Source: Convolutriloba macropyga (taxonomy: Eukaryota). Taken from it: a stretch of 64,000 nucleotides of DNA. The translations under genes were made by a program, and so were the position numbers. This document shows, piece after piece, positions 51,881 to 64,000 of the stretch. The notes below the pieces were generated by a model. That model was not told the origin of the DNA, ran no database searches, and was given only the letters and a program-made list of their open reading frames with translations. The stretch is taken from NCBI RefSeq assembly GCF_964194025.1, contig NC_134473.1, positions 60,202,001-60,266,000 of the forward strand. The letters are read 5' to 3'. Position 1 is the first letter of the stretch; every line of letters starts with the position of its first letter.

Positions 51881-52283
51881 GCATCCATGACTTTTTGTAT
51901 AGCCTGCCTACAATTTGCCATTGTAAACAAAGTTAGCAGACAGAGTCCTCTCATGTACATATTTTCCTTTCTTGTGAGCTGCATGAACGCTGTGATAACG
52001 GTTTGATACGAATTTTTTAACGATTTGTCAATTACTCTATTTTTTCAGCATTTTTACAAAAACTATTTGAATTGTCAATTGTTCCAGTTTGATTTGGTTT
52101 TTATTAGCAACGAATATTAGCAATGAATATTTCACTATGTCCTGTCTTTTTAAACTTGATCTTCAGTTCACTCTAATTTATACTTATATTACTTACGACC
52201 ATTAGCTGGTTTATTAGTCAATCATGCGTCATCGGATGAAATTTGCAGCAGAGATCAAACCAAAAGGTTTAGTTTCAATTTGA

Positions 52284-52375
52284 CAAGGATGCTCGTTAAT
52301 GTGTGTTCGCGCATGATGTTCCAACACGAGCTCATCTACATTTTTGAATATTTGTCAACCAAATGAAGAGATAAC
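52284..52375 (-). mobile_element. Helitron-like 3' terminus (copy 3)
   Basis: Reverse complement reads TCATTTGGTTGACAAA...ATGCGCGAACACACATTAACGAGCATC-CTTG|T, matching 28-105. Confidence 0.6.
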
Positions 52376-53633
52376 CAAATATAGATGTTTGAGTTAAGAA
52401 AAAACCGTTTCACAACCAAACTACTAATTGAATTACATAATGCCATGCCTCACTACATTGCTCACATGAGCTGCCATTAAAAAGACTACGAAACAAACCA
52501 ACACTAAAATAAGCAAAAACAAAAAAATCGCGGCGAAAACTCAAAAGCAGCTAGTAGCAACGTCAAAATGCAATCGGATAAAACCTTAACTACACAAATT
52601 TACTTTTTCCTAACTACAAAGATGATGGAAATTCTAATTATTGTTGACAAGTCTCATTATTGCTGAGACTAGTTGACAAATCGACAAAAAGAAAAAAGAA
52701 TGTGGCGAAATTGAAAAATCAATCAACACTTTTTAAACAAAATTTTTATTTAAATTTCAAAAGACTTAATAATCATGAGCTTTTAAAGAAAACATTTTGA
52801 TAATTTAACTTAAAAAAGTCAATTAGAAACAAATAGTACTTGCTTTTGGTTAGACTATGCCATAGAAACAGACTAAAGATGCAGAAAAACAAAAAATAAT
52901 TTTAAACAATTTGCGAAAACACAAATTATTTAAGCCATTAAAATCATTAGCTATTGTCTAAAAAATATTAGTTTTTATTTCAATTGTTATTCGCACTAAT
53001 TCAGCTAAAATTTTATTGAAAGATTAATTAAGTTCACTTGAGCCACTTTTGAAAGCCATTGGGATCTATTATTACGCAAATGTGCTAAAAGAAGACAAAA
53101 AAACACAAATATTGACCACTCAAACTTTTAAGAAAACGCATTTTATCCAAAAAATAAAACATACATGACGACATAATATCAATGAACGCGTTAAGATTTG
53201 ATTTTTTGGATGTTGATTGGACCTCTCAAGGAATAGATTATGTTACAACTTGACGAAGAGAACAACAAATATGAAAAGTCTAAAAAATCTTAGAAAAAGA
53301 ATAACATCGTAAACTCTAAGAGTATTTGCTATTCATTTACAGCAATGAGTAACGTGATTCAGACTATCTTCAATTAAAATCTTATAAAACTGGTCAGCTT
53401 TTTACGGCAACATATAAAATAAAAAATTAGGCGAAAACAGCAAAGCTGAGCGAGAAATGTCGAAGCCATTAAAAACAAGCTTTTCAGAAAAAACTGTTCT
53501 GTTTTCCATTTTTTAAAACAGCAATGGGTGTCTTCATATTTCAGAAAACGGTTTCAAAACTCAAAGAAATATGAACAACTAAGTTAAAACCACGACCTTC
53601 TTAAAACCCGTAGTATCAACGCCATGAAATTCA

Positions 53634-54700
53634 ATAGCTTTCAACAGAAGTCAATAAACAGGCAAAGTTATACCTCGATGGGAAGACAAGAACGTTTTTG
53701 TTTTTTATAAGTCATCAATAGGACATCAGAATAAGTCTTGTTACTATGAAAACAACAACAAAAACAGGCAATAATCAAAAAATTACAGGAAAAGTGCTGG
53801 TAGAAATTGTCGAAGCAATTTAAATCAAAGCCTTTTCTCTGAAAACTTTATCTATAATCCATTGAACGTCTCATTTAAACCACTTGAACTGTCAATGTTA
53901 GGATAAGGTTATAAGATGTGAAAAGCAACCAAAATTACGAAAAAGTATCGGTAAAATAAAAAAAAACATGAAAACTCATGGCATCCAAGTCCCAAAAAAC
54001 CAATAGTTAGAAAATAAAACCCCTAACCAGTTTAGTTTTTGACGTAGCAGAAAGGAGGAAACTCCTGTCGATAAAGAGACTGGCTTACAGTTCACGATAA
54101 TAAGTTAAGATCGGTTAATGTTAAAAATTTTTCGAAAAATCGTTTTTATTATTTTGACGAGCATTAAATGTGATAGCTTTCAGTGTAAGTCAATAAAACG
54201 CTAATTTATACCTCGTTGGGAGCACAAGGACTTTTGTCATTCATAAACCCTCAATAACACATCACAATAGGATTTAAGACTATGAAAACAACAACAAAAA
54301 CAAGCAAAGACCAAAAAATCAGTAGGGATGTGCTAGAAGAAAGTGCCGAAGCCCTTTAAACCATAATCTTTTCCCTTAAAGCTTTATCTAAGACACCTTG
54401 AACTTCTCCATTGAGTCAGTGAGAACTATGAATATAAAGATAATGTAATAATATTTCATAGGGAACCAAAATTACTAAAAAAAATCCAAAAGCAAAAAAA
54501 AAATTTGAAAACTCGTTGCTTCGAAGTCATAAAACCAATTAGTAGAACATAAAACCGCTAACTGTATTAATTGTTTTGCAGTAGAAAAGATGAGGGTTAC
54601 ATAATTACTGAGACGGACCAACAGTTCAAGAAAAAAAGTTAGGGACCTATTTTTGTTCAAAATTTTTCGAAAATTGATTTTTTAAGTCTTAACAGCCATT
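53634..54700 (+). repeat. Old ~540-bp tandem duplication
   Basis: ATAGCTTTCA...AAGTCAATAAA...TTATACCTCG.TGGGA at ~53634 and ~54173. ACTATGAAAACAACAACAAAAACA, AACCAAAATTAC and AAAATTTTTCGAAAA each occur twice at ~535-545 bp spacing. Confidence 0.8.
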
Positions 54701-57700
54701 AGCTGTCCTCTCAAAGCAAAAGATAGGTTCACCTAATGATCATTAGGAAGCCGTATTACACTTTTAGTCAACTAGTTTATGCCATAAGACTCCAAAAAAT
54801 TTTAAAATCTCAAAATGAAATTCAAACTTCCATTGAAAATTGCGAAAACTGAGAGTCCAAGCAAAAAAAAAACATGAGCGATACTTTGAAAACATGTTTT
54901 TTCATTGGTCATCAATTGACTGAAAATGACATTTGTCACTGTCGGAACCTAGAAGGTTGAGAAATGACTATTCTCTAACCGAGTAAAGAAACAAAATAAA
55001 ATATGAAAATTTTCTTAAAAAACAGCCCTCAAATTGAATTAGAATATTTGTTAGTGCACTTCCCTATGAGATCAGAAATAGCCTTTTTATCGCCTTTCGT
55101 CTAATGAAAACACAAAATTGTTTCATTTTGAAGCGTGAAATGTCGTTTTGAATTATTAATTTTGTAGAAAAAACAATATTTTGAACAAAAATTACGCTAA
55201 AAGTGGACAAAATCATGCCGAAAATCCCGGGTTCTCGCGAAAATTAAACTCGATAACTCCTCAAAAAAAGAAATAATTAAAAAAATTTTCTAATTTGGGA
55301 TTCTACGACGAACCAGCTTTATTGATGCCACTCACATTTCTCTAATGTGAATATATCGATTGGCGAATATTGACTGAACAAAAAAAACCCATTTGAGTAA
55401 ATAGTTATTCCCCCCACAAGACAGTTAACCTCACATGTCTAAACCCCATATAATTCATTCCAGCCCTCAATTTTTTCACACTTCTATAGATTCACCCCAC
55501 ACAGTTGCGCTGAATATTACAAGCATGTTTTCTGATAATTTAGTGGACAACTTAACCCCATGTATGGTAGCGATAGTTTCATATCAAGTAACAGAAGTCG
55601 ACACGAGGCATGTCCAAATGATTATTTCGCCTACCAGTACCAATTAAATAACTGAATGAAATCATGATGAAAGGATATAGGCGTGAAATGATAGAGGGAT
55701 AAAACAAATAAGGGTGAAAAGGCGCAACACCATTGAATCAAATTTGCTTCAATTCAGTTTTTTTTGTTTAGCCTATTTTTTTGTCGGTTTTTCATCAACG
55801 CCATCAAAATATTTTATGTGAGAATCCCAAACTCAAACTACTGTTTTAATTAGGCAGACCAAAACCAAATTGTAAGTACATGCTGAAACGTTGAATTTTG
55901 TCATGATACTTGCAAAATCTAATTTGACGTTTTCTGTTCTGAAATATTTCGATTTACAGGCCACAAATTTATGCTGGGAAAAACAAAAATGTTAATCTTA
56001 TGAAACCTGGTTTAAATGCGATAAAATTAGCCATAGGCAGACTTTCATTGGCTTCTCCAAAAAAAAGTTTTTGATATGACGGAAAATTGAGGAACCGAAA
56101 ATTACGCCTTCACAATGCAATCACCAAATAGTAATACTTGAAAAACTAAGGAACCAAAAATCAGAACCCTTCATTTGACTGTTTTTTACGAATTGTTGAA
56201 AACATTTAATCGTTTTGTTACCGCCGATATTACAAAATATGTGCTTCGTTTAACTTTTCCCTGTTTCTTTACTATGAGAGGTATACTGAGAGACTACTTA
56301 TTGTGATATTTTTGTAAGAAACTTTTTGAAAAAACTTCACAAGAAAAGCATTTAAACTACTTTGCTTTCTTTTGAACCTTTTTGCAAAAACAAAAACAGC
56401 AGGGTTCAAAACAAATTTTGCAGGCAGAATTTGTCAATAAGAAAAATTGAAAAGTAACAATGACGACTCTTTTAATTTAATTTTTTTTGAAGAAAAAAAT
56501 TTTCTCAATTTTTAATGAGAATTTTAAAAAGAATGTAAATGCAAAAACATTGTATCCACCAAGAGAAGAGGAGATAGAAAATTTTCAAAAGTTGAAAAAC
56601 TGTTTGGAAAAACTGGTATGAGGGTTAAAAAAATAATAACTCAAAACCCTAATTGAACCAAATATAGGCGCACTAGGACGCACAGGTATGAGGAGACCAG
56701 CCATTAATGAGATTAAGGAATGAGAGAAACAAGACCCGAAACATTTAGCAACGAATGCAAAAAAAACATCACACAACCAAAGGTCATTAATGTAACCTGC
56801 ACGTTTAAAGAAAGCAGATGGGACTTATTCCTAATGTCTGAAGGAGAGTAGGAAACAATACAAAAAAAGAAGATCAAAAAATGACAAAGAAACTTGGTCA
56901 TTCGACATTCGAAGTTGTTTCAAAAATTAAATTAACCATAAATTTCTTATTAAAATATAACTAGATAGATTCACAAGAAATTATTTCGGAGCTAATAAAA
57001 AAAGTCATTAGTAAGATTAAATCATAACAACAAACTCAGAAACCACTCATAAATTCAGAAACATTTTACGAAAAGCTACAGTGCTGAAGAAGCCATTAAA
57101 CTTATAACTGAAAAGGTTATATAGTTGAACATCATTGGGCCGGCCTTTTAAAAAGGCTTAGTGAAAAGACAACACTTAGCGTTAAAATCGTAGAATTATC
57201 AGTTGAACCTATCAACTAATAGAGAAAAAGATTCTTGATTAAGAAAAAAGTGCATCAGACTTGTTATTAGTAAGACTATTTTACAAGCTGGCGAGAAGAA
57301 TAACAAAAAAATAAGTTTCGAAGACAAAAAACTTTTCTGGATTCGATGTCGTGTAAACCGTCAGTTGCAATTCTAAACGTCCAATCGGATCATTTATACA
57401 CATAAAAGAGAGATTGAGACGTATTATTGTTCAGAATATGCTACACAACTACAGAAAACTGCAATTACGTGCGAAAAAATTTGAGTAAAATTTTCTGGGT
57501 ACCGATACCGAAGCCACTGAAACAAAATAATTGCGTATGTTTAATTAGGCCCCCTTTCAATGCCAATGTTAACTGTATCAATGTGATAATGTGACAAGAC
57601 TAAAAGGTGACAAAACTAAGATATAAAATAAATTTGAATGTAGCAAAATTCAAACAATGACTTAAACTTTGTTCAAACAAATATCTTAAAAATCATAAGT

Positions 57701-60700
57701 CAGGTCATAAGTCAAATATGATCTCAACTGAATGTATTAAATTATTTCATATCTACATCCAAGGATAATGAAAGTAATTGGCCCTTCTGATAGTGAGACT
57801 AAATCATAAGACTACAAAAAAAGCAACAATTGAATGTCAAACTCATGAACTTATTAAGATTTTAAGAATTGGCTTAGTCGAAGTCACAAAACCATCAGCT
57901 TTTCTTCAAAAACATAATATATGATCATTATACGGGTTTCTTTTGTCAATTTGATCTGTCACTAATGAAATTTTGTTATAGAAACTAACTTGTCTGTAAC
58001 TAAGATGAAAAAAAACAAGTTTTTGAAAAAAAAAACAGCGCACCAATACTTTGGAATCTAAAAAAGTCCATTTTGAGACTGAAACTAGCCCCACCACCAC
58101 TGAGGTACTATTAAGAAGACGTAGTTGTTCCAATAATTAGTGCAGTATAATTTTTTGTCAAAAAAAATCCTAATAATTAGCGATCCTAAAAACTTAAGTT
58201 AGCGAAAAGTTGAAGAAAAGCTTGTCTCTCCAACATTATTACAGAACGCAGAATTAAATATAGCCTTCATTTGAGTTGACGAACTTCGTGTCAGCAATTT
58301 ATAAGTCTGTACTATAAGTCTGTAAAAAAATGCTGAATTTCCACAAATCGGGCCAAAGATTTCGATGAATCAAAAAAATTACTATATCTTTAGAGGCACA
58401 CGAAGTAACGCAATTGTTATCAGTTTTAACATATTTTGAGCAAGATTGCTGAAAAATTGATTAAAAAAATCAGTCGAATATTCACACAGTTTCAAACGTC
58501 CATAACTCCTCAGAAAGAACAAATTTAAACCAATCTTTTTAACGTGATTCATTACGCTCAGCGGGGGTGGGGTCGGAAGAACTATTGAGTCTCAAAGTCA
58601 GGTCAAAACTCAAAATGTGAAGAAAGTCAGAAAGCAGTGAGTGAACAAAATGGCCTGAAGTTGGTAAAAAACGGCAAAGTTGTAAAAGCACATCATCACT
58701 TTGCCAGACAGTGGAAGCCCAAAATGTATATAATTGGGTTGAGATTTTTTAATCAGTAGTTTTGAGTGAAGATATCATGAAATATTAAAATTGTCTGAAA
58801 AGGTGACAATATTTTTGCTCAGAGAACTGCGGCGAACACATCAGCAAATGTTTGTAATAGTTAGAAAAATCTAGTGTGGTTTGAAAAAAAACTCTTAAAA
58901 ACGACTAGATTTCTTTACACCCTTTGATTAAAACCTGCCGTTTTTAGGCGGGAAAATTGTACCTTTTTGCGGAAAAACGAGAAAAGTACAAAATGAATGC
59001 TAGTACAAAAACCGAAATAGTGAAAACCAGTCGTATGTTGACCAGATCTTGAATTGATATATTCTGCGCCTAACAAAATTTCTTAAGTCTCATGATAAAA
59101 CTCAAATCTTTTTGCCTCAGATATAACGGCCGAGTTCTTCCCCCATACATAGTTTATATTTCCTCTTCCAGCGCGCTGATGTGGGTCGGAACAAATATTA
59201 ATGCATCTGAAATCTATTCTAGCTCTATTAATGCTCTATTCTATAATCAAAGTCGTAAAAATAACAAGATAAAATTTGTTCCATTCACAAACATAAACAT
59301 AAAATACTTAATGTAAAATACTTTTTATGACTCCAAACAAACATAAAAATACCTGATTTCAAATTCCGCACAAAAATTAGATTTTCTAGAAGCGCAGTCA
59401 ATTCACTTTTTTTTCTGTCCCGTGGATGAACATGTATGAACAGACTTTTATAACATGGCAGGAATTTCTAATGTGATATCAGTTATTACGAAATTACATG
59501 CTGCGTGGTTAAATTTTTCATAGAGCTAATACAGCTTTTGAAATTCGCATTTTGCTTTCATCAAAACATGTAAATAAACAAATTGAACGAATTGTTTATA
59601 GAAATTACGTTGATTATTGCTTGAATTATGTACGATTCTTTCTTTTGATATCCTTGTTTCGTATAGTAAATTCGTTCTGACTACTAGACAATCAATCTTT
59701 AATTATTCAGCCTTTATTTTCTCTGAATAATTTTTAGTCATCTAAAAAGTAAAAATAAACATTGTAAAGAGCACCCGCGTTCAATTTTGATCAACGGTGG
59801 GTTTTGATCAACTAAACTTTGAGCCCGGTGACCCCAGTCGAGGTCTCCGTAATCGCCCCAAGCGTCTATTTTAGCAACCCCTCAACTTAGACTTAGTTCC
59901 CCGGATCCTAGTAACATAAAGTTGGTTTTCGGAATCAAATTCCAAGTGTTATCCAAGTCTTGGCTAAGACTTCCCAGACTTGTAAGACTTTTATTTAGAC
60001 TTGCCCAGTACTGGGAAACGAAATAAGGCTTGGATTTAGACTTGAATAGTACTGATATAGACTTGGAGTTCGGTCCGGGATAGCATTTCAGTACTGAAAT
60101 ATCAAAATCCCATAGTATATTGTTGACTCAGTGCTCTAACAGTGTATTTTAAGAGTATCTATTCCTCAATATGTACAGTTCATCTTCAGAGATAACTTTT
60201 ACTTTTTTTGTCTGAAAATAAACTGAACGTCACATTTTTTCATAATGTGCATACAAAAATCATAGGAGAAATCATGGATTCATCTTCTATTTTTGGAAAA
60301 CGCGGTCAGAATAATAAAAAGCAGTATTATCTGATTACCATAACTTAAACTGATAGTCAGTATCATTAGTTTCCTACCAAAATAAGCGGCCCTTAGCTGT
60401 ACTCTGCGGTAGACAAAAAACCCGACATTTACATGTAATCACATTTTTAGTCAGTTATCTTTCCTCCTAGACTATTTCCTTGTACTTGACTATAACTCAT
60501 CTATTATCTATCCCGCTCTTCCTGTAATTACGACAATGCAATATACCAATTAAAGTGAGGACAGTTTAATTAATTGGGTCTTTATTTGAGTTCATAGTTT
60601 TTGGATTAACTTCAACTTTTCGCCCTTTCATTGTGAAGAATTTTTGCATTCCTCGTACGTAAAGACACAACCCCCCCCCCCCCCCAACGTCATCTCCCCC

Positions 60701-62258
60701 CTCCCCCTTCCAAATAAAAAGAAGAACGGTCATTACTTTAAAGATGCATTTCAGTCTCTTGAACGTTTATTCTTGTTTGACTCTGTTTGCGATCTAATAT
60801 TTTTGTCTCATTCAAAATTTCACCGCCAATGGTGTCCATTTTCCAGTTTATTAACTATCCACTGCAGCGAAGCACTAGAAAGCTTAAGGCTAAAAAGAAG
60901 ACAAAAAAGCCTTCAAATAGCTCCAGGCTGACGGACCTTCAAGTTCCGTTTTTTGTGCACCCTCGATCCGGTAAATACACAACCATTCACTATAAAAATA
61001 ATATTACTAATAGTTATAGTTATAGTAATAATGGATTATGCTAATGGGATAAAAGTTTAGAGCCGGTGGCGGGGAACAAACTGACAAAGGCTTCCCAATA
61101 TTTCTTTATTCGCTCTCTGCTTTTCTTACTTAATTATTCATGCCCCTGAGAACCTAAAATTTCCATAATTTCCTATTCTCTCTCTCGTTTTTACCATTCC
61201 CTGATTGTAAATTTATTGATATTTATAAAACTTTAATGGTAAAAATAGTGCTATTATTGCTTTTTGTTGTCATAAATTCAGAACATCGTTTATATAAGTA
61301 TAAATCAGTAAAATACAATTGTATAATTTGATTTCAGTAACAACTTCTGCTTTATGAATTACAAATTACACTTTATGTTCGCTGCTCGGATTTTGTTACT
61401 AAGCTCTAATTCTGAGAAACATTAGTTCCTATTATTTGGAAAATTATTTTGAAAATAATTCAATTATTTGGAAAATATTTTCCCCTGGACTGATTGTCAA
61501 GTTTCAATCACTTCTGAATCAGCCAGACTGTAAGTATCACATCAGATCAATAATGTATCACATCTGATATTTTTAAGATTTGAATCAATTCATAAGTTTT
61601 GGCGAGTCTTGCTTGAAATTATGGCCAAAGCTAAGCAAATTTTATCTCAAGTCTTGTCCAAGTTTTGACAAGTCTTGGAAATCGTAAAAACTGCCGGCAA
61701 AGCGCCAAAAATAGCTGAGCAGTATTAAAAAGGCAGTAAAAAGCCCAAATTGGCTAGAAGAAATTCACAATTCGACTTCAAATTGGTCGCTCACTAAACA
61801 GTGAATAGCAATTACTACTAGAATGCAAGAGTGTTCTAATGATGCTCATGAGTTTTCACGATGTTGAATAGTAACAAAGGGGTTAGCTGGCAAGCTAGTT
61901 CCCGGAATTCAAAATTCGGACATAAAAGTTACGTTTTTATGATGAAAAGGTTTGTAGTTAAAATTCTTAAAAACAAGAATAAATGATTGCTCCATTTGTT
62001 AGATCAAAAAACTTCAACAAACAGTCTCTCCATTTTAGGTATGAACTTTATCAAATTGCTTTTAAGAAACTCAACATCCGATAAAATAAAATGAAAGCAA
62101 AATTTTGTTGTTTTTATCTCTTAAAGGGCTTGTGTTCAATTATATGAAGAATTGCTTCACTACAAAAAAAACAACAAATTCCGCATGTTGCCAACGAAAA
62201 GCTGCGTATGAATCCGACCAAGACAACGAGGAGAAAAGCGATAGATTTTGATGTTTTT

Positions 62259-62602
62259 GGTTACATGACAATTTACCCAATGCCATTATACCTAATGCCA
62301 AAATGCCCAATGCCATTATACCCAAATCACACTGACATTTTCGTTTCATAATCCGAGTACTAATTAGCAGAAAATAGCTATTAAAGGTATATATTTAACA
62401 AGCTGATAATTTAATCCCATGTTCGGTTGTGATAGTTTCATATCAAGTCCCACGGGCCAGTAAGTATGTTAAAACATACGAGTAATAGCGACTGCTAATT
62501 TGTAGTCAAATTATTGAACGAAAATATCAACTACATTGGGTATAATGGCATTGGGTATTTTGGCATTGGGTATAATGGCATTGGGTAAATTGTCCTGACA
62601 CC
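62259..62602. mobile_element. Mutator-like (MULE) MITE, 344 bp, long internally repetitive TIRs, perfect 9-bp TSD
   Basis: GG...CC termini. TSD GATGTTTTT at 62250-62258 and 62603-62611. TIRs contain three 15-mers (CCCAATGCCATTATA / TATAATGGCATTGGG) and continue imperfectly to ~110 bp (AATTAGCAG / CTGCTAATT). Confidence 0.93.
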
Positions 62603-63669
62603 GATGTTTTTCCGGTAAAAAATTATAAACTTCGGTGATATTTTGATTGATGTTTCTGGAACAGTATTGAGCTTTTCCCTCGCTTCCTAATGGCATGAAA
62701 GAGGATCTAATACGAGTAGCAAAGGTAACCAATATGAACTAAGATTTTTTGATAGAACTGGCGCCTAAAAATGTTATAATTGGTTTGTTCCGTTCATTTC
62801 AAATTGTTTTGGTTATTAAGTGTTCTCCTATGCCGTATGAATAGAGTGAAAACTCCAAGTATACTAGAGAAGTCAAAATGATTTCACCAAAGTTGAAACA
62901 GTAGCAAAAGCAGATAAATTGAACAAAATAATAAGCCCACAAAATTAGTTATATTGGAAGCTTGGATGGTGTAAATTAAAAAATTGGAACCATTAAAGTT
63001 TTTAAAAATTATGGCTAGAAATTAAGTCATGGTCATAAAATACAGGGCGTTGTTTTGTTGATAAAAAAACTGGCCTACTGCCCCGTATCGTGCAATTGGC
63101 CATTCATTTCGTTTGTTTTAGACTTCAAAGAAAATCACAAAACAAGAAAAAAACTAACTCCTGAAGGTGTCCCAAGCTGTTTCAAATATGTCGTCTCCAA
63201 TCAGGGGCTCATGGAAGCCTCGAAAAGTTTTATATTAATTAATAAATCATGTTACTGAGAAGAAAAATTTTGATGAAGTAAAAAGAAATAAAACGTTTTT
63301 TTTTTTAATTTTTGGCAATTTTGAGATTAAGTTTGTAAAGATTTAGCCTAATGTTCTAAGTCGTCTTTTTTTCGATCTGCTAATCAGTTTTGGTTGTTGT
63401 CTTTTTGATCTCTGTCATGGAAGGTATTTTAGACATAAAAAAGTAGACGAAACGTGAATGGGTTAGAATGATTTTTTTCTATTCCGTTTCCAAAAGCTAA
63501 AATTTACTTGCCCAAACCCTACCCCCACAATGAGGCCACGCGTTTCTCTCTGTGTGAAAACGGGCTGCTGGGTCTTTGTAATTTTTTGCGCAAATTTTCC
63601 AGTCTGAAATAACGCTTTAAATAAATGATAGAAAAACATCAAATCTTATAAATCCTATAAAATCTTATA

Positions 63670-63797
63670 GTGGGCTTATATCTTTTACGCCCCCAGGCGC
63701 ACGTGCTATTTTTTACATAGTAACGTGCTATATAACAACATAAATTTTGTAACGGGGGGGGGCGTAAAAACTGGGGGGGGGCAAAACAGAATAGATC
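63670..63797 (-). mobile_element. Truncated, diverged second copy of the 46549-46706 MITE
   Basis: CCCAGGCGCACGTGCTA...TACATAGT and ACTGGGGGGGGCAAAACAGAATAGATC match the reverse complement of the 46.5-kb element. One TIR is missing. Confidence 0.7.
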
Positions 63798-64000
63798 AAA
63801 ACATTCACTCAAGCTGCCAAATCTATTTCACCAAAGAAATCTGAACATTGCACCCTTACCTAGGCTGAATTCCCAGACAGAATCAGGTATGTCCATACCG
63901 AATATGAACGCACGAGGGGGGGGGGGCGTCGTGCGCTCAAAATTACTTAGTCTGGAAACATAAAAAAACTCACAAAATTTTCAACACGTATGCACGAAAG

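Noticed and set aside
51629-52006. 125-aa ORF with periodic W/F/K residues
   Set aside because: It is the translation of a degenerate 15/21-bp minisatellite, with a TTG start and no domain resemblance.
55549-55595. Spliced-leader RNA gene suggested by ...TTTCATATCAAGTAA
   Set aside because: There is no clean AG|GT leader donor or Sm site, and the second copy lies inside a MITE.
59899-61680. DNA-transposon relic with CCCGGA...TCCGGG ends and AGACTTG/CAAGTCTTG repeats
   Set aside because: The motif repetition is visible, but the TIR is only ~6 bp and no TSD or boundaries could be fixed.
59080-63890. Possible minus-strand host exons (acceptor-like TTTCAG at ~59207-59212, TTTTATAG at ~60990-60997; donor-like GGTAAG at ~63855-63860)
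   Set aside because: The short open frames (e.g. CINICSDPHQRAGRGNINYVWG, EWLCIYRIEGAQKTELEGPSAW) resemble no protein I recognise, and no consistent exon chain can be built. RNA-seq would be needed.

Overview
AT-rich, gene-poor eukaryotic (animal-like) genomic DNA made almost entirely of decayed transposable elements and their tandem derivatives. I find no intact host gene, RNA gene or CRISPR array. From left to right: a Helitron-type 3' end; two minus-strand CR1-like LINE remnants (2.4-5.4 kb); a degenerate Ty3/Gypsy element with both LTRs, a PBS, gag and pol (element A, 7204-12994, +); a ~16-kb tandem array of 20 monomers of ~793 bp (12741-28680); a second copy of A's RNase H-integrase-tail segment (B, +); a near-perfect 1901-bp tandem duplication; a different, minus-strand Gypsy element (C, ~32.6-37.1 kb); a CR1/L2-type LINE bracketed by ~300-bp direct repeats; an N-containing low-complexity block; and a 45-64 kb stretch of old repeats, Helitron ends and MITEs, including a Mutator-like MITE with a perfect 9-bp TSD. 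The most notable structure is the 793-bp satellite. Its monomer is a three-way chimera of the 3' part of LTR-A, an antisense LTR-C segment and an RNase H fragment. All three source sequences, the founding microhomology junction, a founder-only 49-bp segment and a duplicated 4-monomer higher-order unit are visible in this window. All alignments were made by eye, so identities are estimates and element boundaries lacking terminal motifs are approximate.
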